Assembly (NCBI GenBank): GCA_051362555.1 | Contig: CM120641.1 | Coordinates: forward strand, 48,738,401 to 48,802,400 | Length of the DNA stretch: 64,000 nt | From: Lingula anatina | Taxonomy: Eukaryota; Animalia; Brachiopoda | Direction of reading: 5' to 3' | In this document: positions 52,721 through 64,000 of the stretch, one piece after another | Layout of the letters: every line of letters starts with the position of its first letter | Numbering within the stretch: the first letter of the stretch is position 1 | Notes under the pieces: model-generated | What the model was told of the DNA's origin: nothing | What the model saw: only the letters and a program-made list of their open reading frames with translations | Databases searched by the model: none | Made by a program: the position numbers and the translations under genes

Positions 52721-53521
52721 TTTAATGAGTTTAAGCAATTTTTTTTTAGTGTGTAATTTTCACTGTACCTCATTCTGGCATTTCCAAAGTTTAACTCTTC
52801 TCAGCCTGACACCTTAGGGACTATTTCCAGACCCTATCACGCTAACTGTGGATTGATCTATCTCCATGGGAATTCTCGCTAAATTGCAATCAATGTAAGT
52901 GGCTTAGTTGTCTGTCACGCCTACTGAAACTGGCATGCCAGAATCCTGAGACTCTCAAACTGAAAGCAATTTAGTGAGAAACCCCTTGGAGTTGGATTGA
53001 TCCTGTTAGATTGATCTAGGTATGGGAACTTAGTCTAATGCTTGATACACATTTTACTTTCATCCTAATCCAATGTTATGCAGAATAAGAATTTGATGTT
53101 GGCTATGCAGTTACAGTAAGCATAATACATTAGTTCATCAGAATTGACAGTATCCTATTTCCTGCGTTTTTATTTTCTGGTTTTTGTCTGTACATTTGAC
53201 AGCTTTGCTGCCTTGTTAAATCATTGGTGCCATAGTTCTTTGTATATAGTGTCAAGACTTCATTTCCTACATGTTTTTATATTGCTTATACAGTGACTCA
53301 TTTTGTTTTCATTTCTGTAGAAAGAAGTTCAAGAAACTGTGTATTTTGAAGAAGATATGAAAGAGGCCCAGGAAGCAGTGGAAGAGACTTTAAAAAATTA
53401 TCAGGAGCTGCTTGGAAAATTGAACCCAGAACAACAACAAACAGTCACCAGGACAATTGGTCTTAAAATGGAAGAACTTAAAGCACAACTAGATATGATC
53501 CATGAGGCCTTGAAAGAGTAG
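48753..53521 (+). CDS. Small helical protein with mitochondrial-type presequence, resembling the plant embryogenesis-like protein family; 2 exons, about 207 aa
   Basis: Exon 48753-49175 (MAALRASRRFS...DQFKEARELLEDA|gtaagc) joins phase 0 to 53321-53521 (KEVQETVYFEEDMKEAQEAV...TIGLKMEELKAQL). Arg/Ser-rich N-terminus with few acidic residues. Family assignment from recalled motifs only. Confidence 0.8.
50916..52263 (+). mobile_element. HINE/DINE-1-like element, inner copy nested in the outer copy
   Basis: Same 5' palindrome and microsatellite at 50921, same 3' subTIR and hairpin at 52231-52263; the outer copy resumes seamlessly afterwards. Confidence 0.8.
52816..53037. mobile_element. Palindromic MITE family A, copy 3 (inside the outer HINE)
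   Basis: Reverse-orientation match to 22900-23103. Confidence 0.75.
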
Positions 53522-54158
53522 ATTGTCCTCTGGCTCAGATGTGGTTTATATGGCCATTGTTTTTTTCCTTAACTGCATTCTTTGCAGTGATAAAATATAT
53601 TGTGATTTTTCTTTTTGCTGCACAACGCACATAGATAGTGAAATGTTTAAGGTATAATATTTCTTTACTTTTGCCCTTTGGTGGTCTTTCAGCATTATAT
53701 TATCATCTATTTCTAATTCTGTATGTATGTCTTGTTTAGAAGATGTTCTTTAGGAATCATATGCTCAGGGTGTTGTTGCATTCACAAGATGAATGTTCTT
53801 TATTTCAGTGACTGTGTACATTTTTATAAAACATTTTCTCTGCATTTCAAGTTTGATTTTGTTAAGCAGAATTTTCAGATCAGAATTTCAAGTTAGCTCT
53901 TTACTCTCCTATTATCATATATGGCTGTTTGTTACAGCACAAAGTTATGAAGATTAAAAAAAATGAAGAGGCTTGCATGTGTCAGAACAGGGTAGTTTTA
54001 TATATAGCATTGATAGAAATCTCAAATTTTGTTTTATTATTACTCACAGTAAACCATATACAGAAATCTGTCAGGAGATTATGATAAGCAATTTTTTCTT
54101 CGATGTAACTGTGTATCTGTTGATCATGGAATAAAGTTTTTTCTTTGATGTAACTCTT

Positions 54159-54392
54159 AGACCCCATTCCCATAGATATTTAGATCGATCTATCCCTGTG
54201 GGGAGTCTCACTAGATTACTGTCAGCTTAACCGGCTTAAGTGTCTGTCCCGCCTACTAAAAGCTGTAAGGGGGTTATTAACTGTCGTGCCCGCTCGGCTG
54301 ACTGCAATTTAGCGTGAACCCCTAGGGAGTTAGGTCGATCTAAATCTAAATCTCTGGATCGATCTAAATCTCTGGGAATGCACCCTTAGTCT
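54159..54392. mobile_element. Palindromic MITE family A, copy 4
   Basis: ATTCCCATAGATATTTAGATCGATCTATC..TGTCTGTCCCGCCTACTAAAAGCTGT is the reverse complement of part of copy 1. Confidence 0.75.
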
Positions 54393-56140
54393 AGTTGCCA
54401 GAATGCTAACCCTGCATAGTTCTTTCCTGTAAACTTTTATAACAGACATGCATTCTTTAGGGCTAGAGAAATAAAATCAGCTTGGTTGCTACTTCTGAGA
54501 CATTGAACATTTTTCAGTATGGGTGCCAATTTGTGAATAAAAATAGAATACAGAGTGAAGACGAAAGATATACTTTATTTGTGACTCTGGCAAATGTTAT
54601 TCTTGTCAGGAGAACAAAGTATGATTACATTAAAAACATTAATTGTATTAAAAACAAAATGACTACCAAAACACACAGCAGAGAGTAAAAAAGAGCTGTA
54701 GAACCACTCCATTTCTGGTCTGATAAGTCTAATAAATACTATCTCTGCCTTTGAATTTTCTGTTCATTATGAAGATTTGTCAGCTGTGATTCTAAACTAT
54801 TATTATCAACTTCTCTGACATTCAACTAATGCTTGGTGAGGGCTTATGCCTCCCTAGTACAGTGTATTTGAGTTTTCACTCCCACAGGTCCCATAGTGAA
54901 CCATGCTATTTTCTATTATTTTTGTAAAAGGAAATGTGTTTTGGGGGCAACAAAAGTTAACTTAGCTTGGCTTTTTTTTCATAACACAAGATGGCCACCA
55001 ATTTGTTAAATAAAACTTTAAAACCATTCATAGAGATTCAAATTAATATAATATAATAATATAATATAACAATATTTTGTGTTTAATTACATGTTTCTGA
55101 ATACAAAAGTGTGTACTGTGATTATTTCTTTCATCTCAGCAAGTAATAAAAAATGGCTGCCAAAAGGTTATGGGAAAGGCCGAGAAAAAGCTGTAAAATT
55201 ATGGATTTCAACTGATAAATACCTTAAATTAATGGAGTCTGAATATATCACAGTAAAACAAAACAAAAATATAAAAAGCCCTGGTTTAAGCAGACAAGAA
55301 AATAAAACGTGCGACTGGATTGAAACTCATTGTGTTAGGTGTGGCATAGTCCATTGCATTTCTTGGGGCACAGTGACAGGACGCATTGCATTGTACATGA
55401 TGTACCCGCTGTGTTACAGGGACTCAACCTTTTGTCATCTAAATGGCTTAAGGGTACTGTAAGGGTTTAAGATCACCCAGATACCGAAAATAAGGTTTTC
55501 TTGCATTTAACGAAAGCCCCCTCAATAATATAAAATATATATTTCATGTTGCTAAGCATAAAAATATGCACTTCAAAGCGTCTATTATTAATTTCAGATC
55601 TATTTTGAAGTGAGATAGCAATGGGTGCTGGGCGTAATTCCACCTCTGAATAAGATTTTATGACGAAAATTGGCATAGGTGACAACAGGTGTATGGGCTT
55701 CACTGTGTCATTATTGTGGTTTAAATTTTTTGTCTTGGAGTTATGAGTCCCTAATTGCATGTACAATACGTCATTGACCAAAGGCTTTGGTTTGTCTTAT
55801 ACTGTAAGATAAAATCGAAACTGAGGATTTTAAGAAAAATCGCAGACTGTTTTTGAAGTACTTAATGGTGTCATAAATTTGGCGTTAAAAGGTGCTCTTG
55901 GGAACTCAGGTAAATGAGAAAATTAAGAAACCTATGTTGCATGTTTTTACTCCAAAATTACAATAATGACGTCTAAGGAAGTGAACATTGATGATTTATC
56001 CGTTATCCCAAAAATGTATGTTAGGCAGTAAATAAGGGGTTTTTTGTTTTGTTTTGTTTTGACAGTACATTTTATGTATTTTATGAGTAATATTACAGTA
56101 ACAGATTTAATAGTTCATGTGATGACATTGTCATTCTTAA

Positions 56141-56266
56141 AGGAAGAATACCCATTGAAAATGTCCCGAAGTGATATGTCTACACATCCTGCAAAGCTTC
56201 AAGGACAAGTGCTTATTTTTCCCAACTCAGATCTTTAAAAACCTCCTGGTATCGATATTTCTTCCT
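56141..56266. mobile_element. Short TTAA-flanked TIR element (Kolobok/T2-like MITE)
   Basis: TTAA|AGGAAGAATA..TATTTCTTCCT|TAAA. Confidence 0.45.
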
Positions 56267-56571
56267 TAAACATACATGTAGACATAAAAGTATCACTTTA
56301 AGGCCAAAACTGGCATATTGAAAAATTGCCCGCAAATATTGAGCGTTTTAGTATTTAATGCACTGTAAATATATTGGAAAACGCGTTCGTTTCATCACAC
56401 TAATGGAAATTTCTTTATCGTGATAAATATTTAATAGATTACATCCGTTTTTGAAATGAACAAGCTCGGAACAACACTGGTAGTAGGCATTATTCTTTAC
56501 TACACCGACCCTTAAAGGATATTTTCGAAACAGTTCCCGGACTGCCTTCGGCCTTGTACTGAAACACCGAA

Positions 56572-59500
56572 ATGGCTCAAGTGTTGCAATTAGTCGTTGG
56601 TATTATTGTCTTTGGTGAGTGAACTGATTTTAAAAAAATACACTTAATACCATATCAATCAATGTTAACCAAAGAGGTACCGCTGGAAAAGTGTAACTAC
56701 TTGTGATACAGTTCAATACGACCCATTGGAGTGCTATTGGTTTTTATCACTTATGCCTCTGTCGAGACTGAAACCGACTTGAATTTAAAATTCAAATTGA
56801 TACCAGTTTCTGAATCTTTATAATGTATAATTTGATTTTATAGGTGATTTTATTCCTATTTTTATTTTAAGATAAAATGTTGTTTCAGAAATCATTTGTT
56901 GCTTCTGTCCACTGCACGTCACTGGTGTTAAAGTATCATCATGCAGAACAACAGTCTTACCTGGTTTGAGGAATGATGGCAACTTGAACACCACCCGAGA
57001 CATCCTGATGCAGGAATCCCAAGAGGGTCTTCAAGATTGTGCCAGGATGAAATTCAAATCAACTGAGGCCAAATCTGTGCAGTTTTGTACCACGTCGAAG
57101 ATGTGCATCGTTTTTAGCACCGAGTTAACGCCATCTATTATAGAAGACGCCATGGCTGATAGCGACTGTGTGCTTATGAAGTTCACTTGTGATGAGATTA
57201 GGGTAAAATTGAAGCTTTTGCAGTTTGATTACTCGATTGTTTTATTCTATTATTATGCTTTGATTTATGTTTCTCGGTTTTGTGATTCTCTATGTTTTTT
57301 TTAGCTATATAACGTAAAAGTGGGCAAGCTTTATCATTTTTCCTTGTACTCAATTTACCGTTTTTCATTTCTATTGCAAGAAGCATACAATAACTTTGAC
57401 CACTTCTTTCTTGTTTTCTCTTTGTTGCTTTAAGTCATTCATGCAAGTGCTCGTAAAGGTGAACAGGCTTTAAAATTTGCTTCGTACAAAATATGCCGAT
57501 GTGGCTTTTCTGTTGCAGTAAGTATTCATCAACTTAAATCTATTTTTGTTTTATAAAATGGATTGCACTCGTACATAAATAAATGAAACATGGATGCATT
57601 CTTACAGATTGGCTTTATTTTGATAATGATGTTTGTCCTAATTATATATATATATATATTTTTAGCCTGACATTGACCTAATAGAAGTTGGCACTGTTGA
57701 CACAGCAAATACCGCTACTACGCTAGAAACGATTTCGTCCACCGCACTGATGCCATCAACACCTCTGTCAACTGCAGCAACACCACCGGAAACCCACACG
57801 TCAACCGGAGTGACGCCATCAACAACTTCCCTCACTGCACTCACATCACAATCATCCTCAACACCACTGTTGTCTACCACAGTGACGTCAGCGCCATTGT
57901 TGTCTACCACAGTGTTGTCAGAGCCATTGTTGTCTACCACAGTGACGTCAGCGTCATTGTTGTCTACCACAGTGACGTCAGCGCCATTGTTGTCTACCTT
58001 AATGACGCCATCAACACCTCTGTCAACTGCAGCAACACCACCGGAAACCCACACGTCAACCGAAGTGACGCCATCAGCAACTTCCCTCACTGCACTCACA
58101 TCACAATCATCCTCAACACCACTGTTGTCTACCACAGTGACGTCAGCGCCATTGTTGTCTACCACAGTGTTGTCAGAGCCATTGTTGTCTACCACAGTGA
58201 CGTCAGCGTCATTGTTGTCTACCACAGTGACGTCAGCGCCATTGTTGTCTACCTTAATGACGCCATCAACACCTCTGTCAACTGCAGCAACACCACCGGA
58301 AACCCACAAGTCAACCGGAGTGACGCCATCAGCAACTTCCCTCACTGCACTCACATCACAATCATCCTCAACGCCACTGTTGTCTACCACAGTGACGTCA
58401 GCGCCATTGTTGTCTACCACAGTGTCGTCAGAGCCATTGTTGTCTACCACAGTGACGTCAGCGTCATTGTTGTCTACCACAGTGATGTCAGCGCCATTGT
58501 TGTCTACCACAGTGACGTCAGCGCCATTGTCGTCTACCACAGTGACGTCAGCGCCATTGTCGTCTACCACAGAGATGTCAGAGCCTTTGTTGTCTACTGC
58601 ATCTGGTGTATAGGATTGAAATTAGAATTCATTGTGCTTAGAATGGAACTAAAACTTTCAAAAACAAATAATATGCAGAAAATCTTACAATTTTACTTTA
58701 TGACTTATGGCTTAAAATAGAAACAACAGACATTTGTTCTCAACATTTTAGGTGATTCTGAGTTAAACCGGGGTGTTAACTGCTCAGCAGTGTCAGGTGT
58801 CTACTGGATCTCAACACACTATCATACGTTTAAGGTACCATAGGGTAGATATAACACTAGCCTGATATAAATCAATTTATAGATCAAATAATCACCGTTT
58901 TGCTCGCATTTTGTCAGATAAAGCAATGTTTTGGCTTGATGGTCTTGGCTTGATAGGTCTGGAACGTTTTTGACAAGAAAAGCAATCCACCAACTTGAAT
59001 TACTTTGTATGGGTGATATTGTCCCTATGTATTGTCCCCGTTACCCGCAACTAACCCTAACCTGTACTTATCATATGGTACCCCGAACTTCTATGCCTAG
59101 GATTTACTTTCCTATCAAACCAGAAATATGTAATGCTACCGTGCAACAATTTTGTTGTAGAAATGTGAATATACTTCAGTGTTTTACCTGGTAAGGCATG
59201 GTTTTAATCTCCGTACTTTTGTGGCAAAAGTAGTAGATCATGTTATTCCACAAGTCCTTCCGTCTGCTGTCTCCTCTGGGACCATTAGTGTGATAAACCC
59301 ATAATTTGGGGGAATGGTAGACCTACGAAACAATATAAAAAGATCGACAATACGATTAAAACAGGTTGCTTATAAGGCATAGCCTGTGTAAATTGTACTT
59401 TTCTCTCGTGTTCTGCAGGTTTTCTGTGATATGGACACTGATGGAGGGGGCTGGACTCTCGTCTGGAGTTACACTTTCACAAATTTTAGTTCAAACTTGA

Positions 59501-59997
59501 CCGGTGCCCTAACACCAAGACCAAGTTGGTCAGCGTCTCAGGGCGATATTCCCATCTCCATTACTCCACCGCTGAACGAGACAGATTTCAATGCTGTAGA
59601 TTTCTCATTGTGGAAATTCATCGGTACACAACAATTCTTGGTGAAATCGACCATCAGTAATTGGATAGCCTGTAATGGTAATAAGCTGGAAGAATTCAAA
59701 CTAATATCAATAGACTGCCGCGTTGTCAAAACTATTGGTAACAGTTCATGCAAAGACGTGGTTCCCATTCGTTTTTACACCACTAATGGGTTTAGGAGCA
59801 GTTATCCTTTGGCTCGTAGAAGCCCGGTTCTTGCTGTATCAGGTGGTGCATACTCAATAGATACGACTGCGTATTATAACTTTTGGGCGTCCAGAAATGG
59901 GTCGTACTGTCCCGTGCATGACCCTTGCGGTTGAGGACGCTGTTATGGACATAAACCAGACCCCGTTATGCCATATGGCAACATTTATATTCGCTAA
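56572..59997 (+). CDS. Secreted protein: signal peptide, degenerate PAN/Apple-like Cys domain, Ser/Thr/Pro mucin-like repeats, fibrinogen-related C-terminal domain; in-frame TGA at 59932-59934
   Basis: Exons 56572-56614 (MAQVLQLVVGIIVF), 56889-57202, 57666-58605, 58752-58834 (SGVYWI), 59419-59997 (VFCDMDTDGGGWTLV..HDPCG*GRCY..PYGNIYIR*). All junctions phase-compatible. Confidence 0.82.
57750..58600 (+). repeat. Hierarchical coding repeat: 255-bp (85 aa) unit x3 containing 30-bp (10 aa) subunits
   Basis: CCATCAACACCTCTGTC at 57753, 58008 and 58263; internal TTGTCTACCACAGTGACGTCAGCGCCATTG units. Confidence 0.95.
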
Positions 59998-60841
59998 CAC
60001 ATGGATGTTTGCTTTAATAAAGAGATAAGACGCGACAAGACGCAGATTCTATGGAATCGTAGAAAACAAGCAATCGTGGAACAATTTTCTGTAACATAAG
60101 TGAGTAATTCATGAATGTTCATTATCGTTTTTTAATTATTGCTTACGTATATTATTTATTTTGTGGGTTATGTTAAAATTCTTAAAGATGCATTGTTTCT
60201 CCTCTGGTTGCTGTAGTTTTATTTACCTTTAAATGATGCTACTAGTACGATTTGCGTGATGTAGAAAATGCATTGATGGATTGTTGATCAAATGCTGTTG
60301 AAATTTTAATCTGGACGTGTATTACATTTCTTCATCACATATTTATAAGAAAACGCAAAGTTGGTATAGACACAGTGCTTATGTTACATGCCTGCATCAT
60401 TTTAGATCTTTTTACACTGCACTTTTTGTTTAATCAACGCATTAAGGCCTAGTTAAAGAGATCAATTAAAAACGTAAAGTGATGACAGATATTGAAAAAT
60501 GAATTCCGTATAAAATGTACTTGTGTTCAAAGCAATTACACACAAAAACGAACACCTTATCACTTCAAATTTGTCTGCTCTCTGTGTATGTTGATCTTGG
60601 AATAAATGAGAATAAACCGAAGTTACCAATTATTATTGTTATTTTAACAGAGGTGATCTTTGATTTTTACTTACACAGTGTAATGACTGGATCTTTTCAA
60701 TGGGGAAAATAATTTTTCTGACACATCATTTTAGAATCACAAAATTACATGCCTTGGATGTTCTACAGGAACATCTCCTGGGGTGAACGCCCAGTTGTGT
60801 TAACGTTAAATTGTGCTATAAGGTCCTCCCCCCAAACTTAC

Positions 60842-60991
60842 CAGAGCCGCTCTTCTCTAAGGCATTCATCGCCAGCGCCGCCAGCCCGTGCTTCATGATA
60901 TACATGGCAATGGCCGCTATGGAGAAACACGTGGTCGAAAACTCCATCAGGTTCCAAAACTCCCTGAAGTACACAAAAACCTTATTTTTCC
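60842..60991 (-). pseudogene. Isolated polycystin (PKD1-like/PKD2) cation-channel exon fragment
   Basis: YFREFWNLMEFSTTCFSIAAIAMYIMKHGLAALAMNALEKSGSG matches the YF..FWN..E S2-S3 signature; ends at G|GTAAGT donor. No other polycystin exons seen in the window. Confidence 0.6.
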
Positions 60992-61494
60992 CTAAATATA
61001 ACCTAAGATCTAATAAACAGAAAGATTGGACACTCGGTGATTCTTCAAAGGGTAATCCGATTAACTGTGGAAAGACGTTCGTACGGCGGAAGTAGTCAGT
61101 CGCGTTGTGATCTTGCGCAGGTAGAGCTCTGTTGCATGTGGGCGATTTCAAGGTAGGTAAATTACCTCTTTTAGTCTTGTAGTTTCTCTAAGAATGTATG
61201 TGCAGAAGGGAAAACTAACAGGGTTCACTTGTGTGTAAAATATGCAATATTTTGGAGCAGATATTATCGTGAAAATTTGCCTTCAATCCGTTGTTGCATT
61301 CAAATTAGCAATATGGCGACAGACAAGCGAGTTTGAATGCTTTGTTACCTAAGGTCTAACACGGGGAGTTTAACTTTATGTACGTTGGTTTTTATATTAC
61401 TGATGACTGAATAACACTGTCGTTTTATTGGTTGATAATTTAATTTATAGTAGCTTCGTTTTCTATGAAAATTTAAACAATACTTCGGGCAATA

Positions 61495-62075
61495 AAGCAA
61501 AATGGCGGTGCTGATCATAATCGCCGGGGTTAAAATGCACAGCCGAACACGAAAGTGGATCTATACAATGCGTTGGCAGTTTAACTGTGTCCATCTAAAA
61601 AAGTAGTGGAAGGTCGTAGGGTCAAACTTAGCTAAAATTTAGCTTTTTTTCTTAGGAATATTTAACGGTAAAAATGACAATAACACAAGATGGCGGCGAC
61701 TTTTGTTATCGATGGGCTTCAAATGCACAGCCGAACACGAAATTAGATCTGTACTATGCATTGGCAGTTAAACTGTGTTCATCTAAAAAAGTAGTAGAAG
61801 GTCGTAGGGTCAAACTAAGCTAAACTGAAGCTTTTTTTCTTAGGAATATTTAACGGTAAAGATGACAATAAAACAAGACGGCGGCGACTTTTGTTATCGA
61901 TGGGCTTCAAATGCACAGCCGAACACGAAATTAGATCTGTACTATGCATTGGCAGTTAACCTGTGTTCATCTAAAAAAGTAGTGGAAGGTCTTAGGGTCA
62001 AACTTAGCTCAAATTTAGTTTTTTTTCTTAGAAATATTTATCGGTAAAGATGACAATAAAACAAGATGGCGGGGA
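61495..62075. repeat. 188-bp tandem repeat, 3 copies
   Basis: (A)TGGCGG anchor at 61502, 61690, 61878 and 62066. Confidence 0.93.
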
Positions 62076-62183
62076 CTACAACTGGTGATATTTTTATCCA
62101 GGATTTATACCTAAGTAATGAGAAGATTGCGTGAAAATGTGCCTCACATCCTTATTATTTTTTTTGTTTTGTTTTGTTTTCAG

Positions 62184-62938
62184 ATGCCATTAAAATGGGT
62201 CAAGGCCCGCAGGAGAAAAAATAAAGAGCAAAATCTGGCAGCAAAATCAAAAGGTAAGCTTTCTGGTCTATAACTAGAACTTTTTAGTTTATGGAGTTGA
62301 AAGTAAAATGTCTTACATACATGGGCACTATCAATCTGTCCCTTGTGTGTCATGCTCAGTAAGATATTTCCACTGTACCGACAACATTATTACAAGTATC
62401 GGATTTCCACTGTACCAACAACATTAGTACCAGTATCGGATACAAAAAGGCAGGTGCAATCACCACAGTGGATTGAGTGGAATTATACAAATGACAAATA
62501 ATAAGAGACTAGCACATGTCAGAACCTTTTTAACAGTAAAATATTATTTTATTATTTCGGGTGAATGTCATAATGCAAGTGTTGCAGATGATTTAGATGC
62601 ACCACTGTCAAGTTTGCAAAGTGATTGTAAACAAGCAAAAAGACACACAGATGTATTAAATAAGCAAAATGGTAAGCTGCCCGAAATTAATTAATTAATT
62701 TTTGCTCGATAGTTTTACAAGTGCACGAAAAGCTAGGTCAGTGTTGTCCGTACAGTGGACTTTAACATAACATGAGCAATTAACACGTCAGCATCTTTTT
62801 AACTGTGTGATAATATTTTTTTCAGATATATGTTGCAATGGAAGTGATTCTGATGACGACGTACCTCTGTCAAGTTACCTCGGTGCTACTCAAGAACCTG
62901 ACAGGCACATTGATATTTCAGCAAATGGACCACCTTGA
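62184..62938 (+). pseudogene. Small degenerate spliced gene of unknown function (basic N-terminus, DDxxPLS repeats)
   Basis: Exons 62184-62253 (MPLKWVKARRRKNK..), 62561-62671 (acceptor mutated to CGG) and 62826-62938 (SDSDDDVPLSS..TGA), with GTAAGC donors, all phase 1. Confidence 0.4.
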
Positions 62939-64000
62939 AACTAGCCATATGTTGTTCTTCATGAAAAACAAATATATCACTATAAATTGTCTCCCTTCTG
63001 TAAACTCTGAAGTTTAGTTTACTGTCAAGTCTAGGTTGGAATTAGTCAGTAGTGCTCTTAACAATAGATAAATATTATCATCACGTGCATAATTTTTATT
63101 GAATGAGATATTAATGTTGAAACAAGTCAAAATAGGGGGAAAATGCTATAATTCTTTGTCATGTGAAACTAGTACTCCTAAATAAATTACCTATCTGTTG
63201 TGATTGTGTAACAGTCAGTGGTATCTAAAGGTGTTAACATTTTTATTTGCATTTCAATATCTGTGCCTTATTAAATCTATAATAAAATGCTTATGAACAG
63301 AATATGACTTGTATTATGTTACTATATCAGCCAGAAATGAATGATCAGTTTTAAATGCTAAATCTGATGAAATATTGATAATTTTTAGCAATCGTCTTTT
63401 ATTTAGTCATTTTTAGTGAGATGGCAAACAAAATTGTTACACATATTATTCTTCCAATACATTCTGTGGAAGATGTTCAAAAGACATATGTTTCAAAACA
63501 GATTTTGCAGAGTTTAAATATATGTGCATGATTATGCAGTCGCAAGGAAACTATAGGCCCCTATTGCATGTGTTCTTTATAAATATGAAAAAACGAGTTT
63601 ACTTTTATTTGATTGTCAGTATAAAGATATGTCTTACCTTTCACTATCATTATGAAGTAGGTACCCAAATTAGTGTTTGTGAAAGTGAAATTAAAAACTA
63701 CTTTTCTTAAAGGATTTTTTTTTTCAGTCCTTTTTGTTTCACTGATTTGCTACGAATATTCTGGTGAATTTGAATTGATTATGCTCTAAAAGAATGACCG
63801 CTAATAGTGACAATGTTTTACAAACATGCATAATAGATCAAGTTTCTGTTTTGGTGTAGCTTCACCATTCAGTTTCTCCCAGTGATTAGCATGACCTTAT
63901 TGTCCAAAACGGCATCGAATATCACTATCTGTTACGTTGATGATCTCGTCACGTTTCCGGCTATATCTCCACGTTGAGTCAATTTCTATAAAATGGCAGC

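Larger units (their letters stand above)
49343..53217 (+). mobile_element. HINE/DINE-1-like non-autonomous Helentron element, outer copy
   Basis: T-run insertion site, 5' palindrome GTACAGACACAGATGTGTCTGTAC, (GTCGCC)n microsatellite, about 161-bp internal tandem repeats (49447, 49608, 49769), 3' inverted subTIR TGTCTGTACAT plus hairpin CAGCTTTGCTG and CTTGTT end near 53217. Confidence 0.8.

Noticed and set aside
57662-58570. 302-aa antisense Asp/Val-rich ORF (VVDNNGADVT repeats) resembling an acidic biomineralisation protein
   Set aside because: Exactly mirrors the mucin exon, which has proper splice sites and phase on the + strand; no signal peptide or independent exon structure. Stop-free antisense frames are expected in such repeats.
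59998-60400. SECIS element that would make the TGA a selenocysteine
   Set aside because: No RTGA/AA/GA kink-turn hairpin with correct spacing seen by eye, and AATAAA lies about 20 nt after the TAA.

Overview
AT-rich, intron-rich animal genomic DNA, probably an invertebrate and plausibly a mollusc (inferred from gene content and HINE-type repeats, not proven). Reading splice sites by hand gives six complete multi-exon genes: a divergent classical calpain (-, 20 exons), cytohesin/Arf-GEF (+, 13 exons), a signal-peptide, 4-repeat cadherin with no transmembrane segment (-, 12 exons), USP36/42 (-, 17 coding exons), a small mitochondrial-like protein head-to-head with USP36 (+, 2 exons), and a PAN-like/mucin/fibrinogen-like secreted protein with an in-frame TGA (+, 5 exons). 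There is also an orphan polycystin exon, a small degenerate gene at the right end, nested Helentron-type (HINE) elements, MITE families and tandem repeats. Most notable observations: (1) three adjacent genes each carry tandem duplications that copy a 3' splice site plus the start of its exon, creating arrays of decoy acceptors; (2) a 15-nt in-frame microexon in the cytohesin PH loop, at the site where vertebrates use a 3-nt microexon to switch lipid specificity; (3) a soluble PCDH15/CDHR5-like cadherin; (4) a calpain that keeps its catalytic triad but has lost Ca2+-switch residues, and contains a U12 intron and a GC-AG intron. All models are manual, with no database or RNA evidence.
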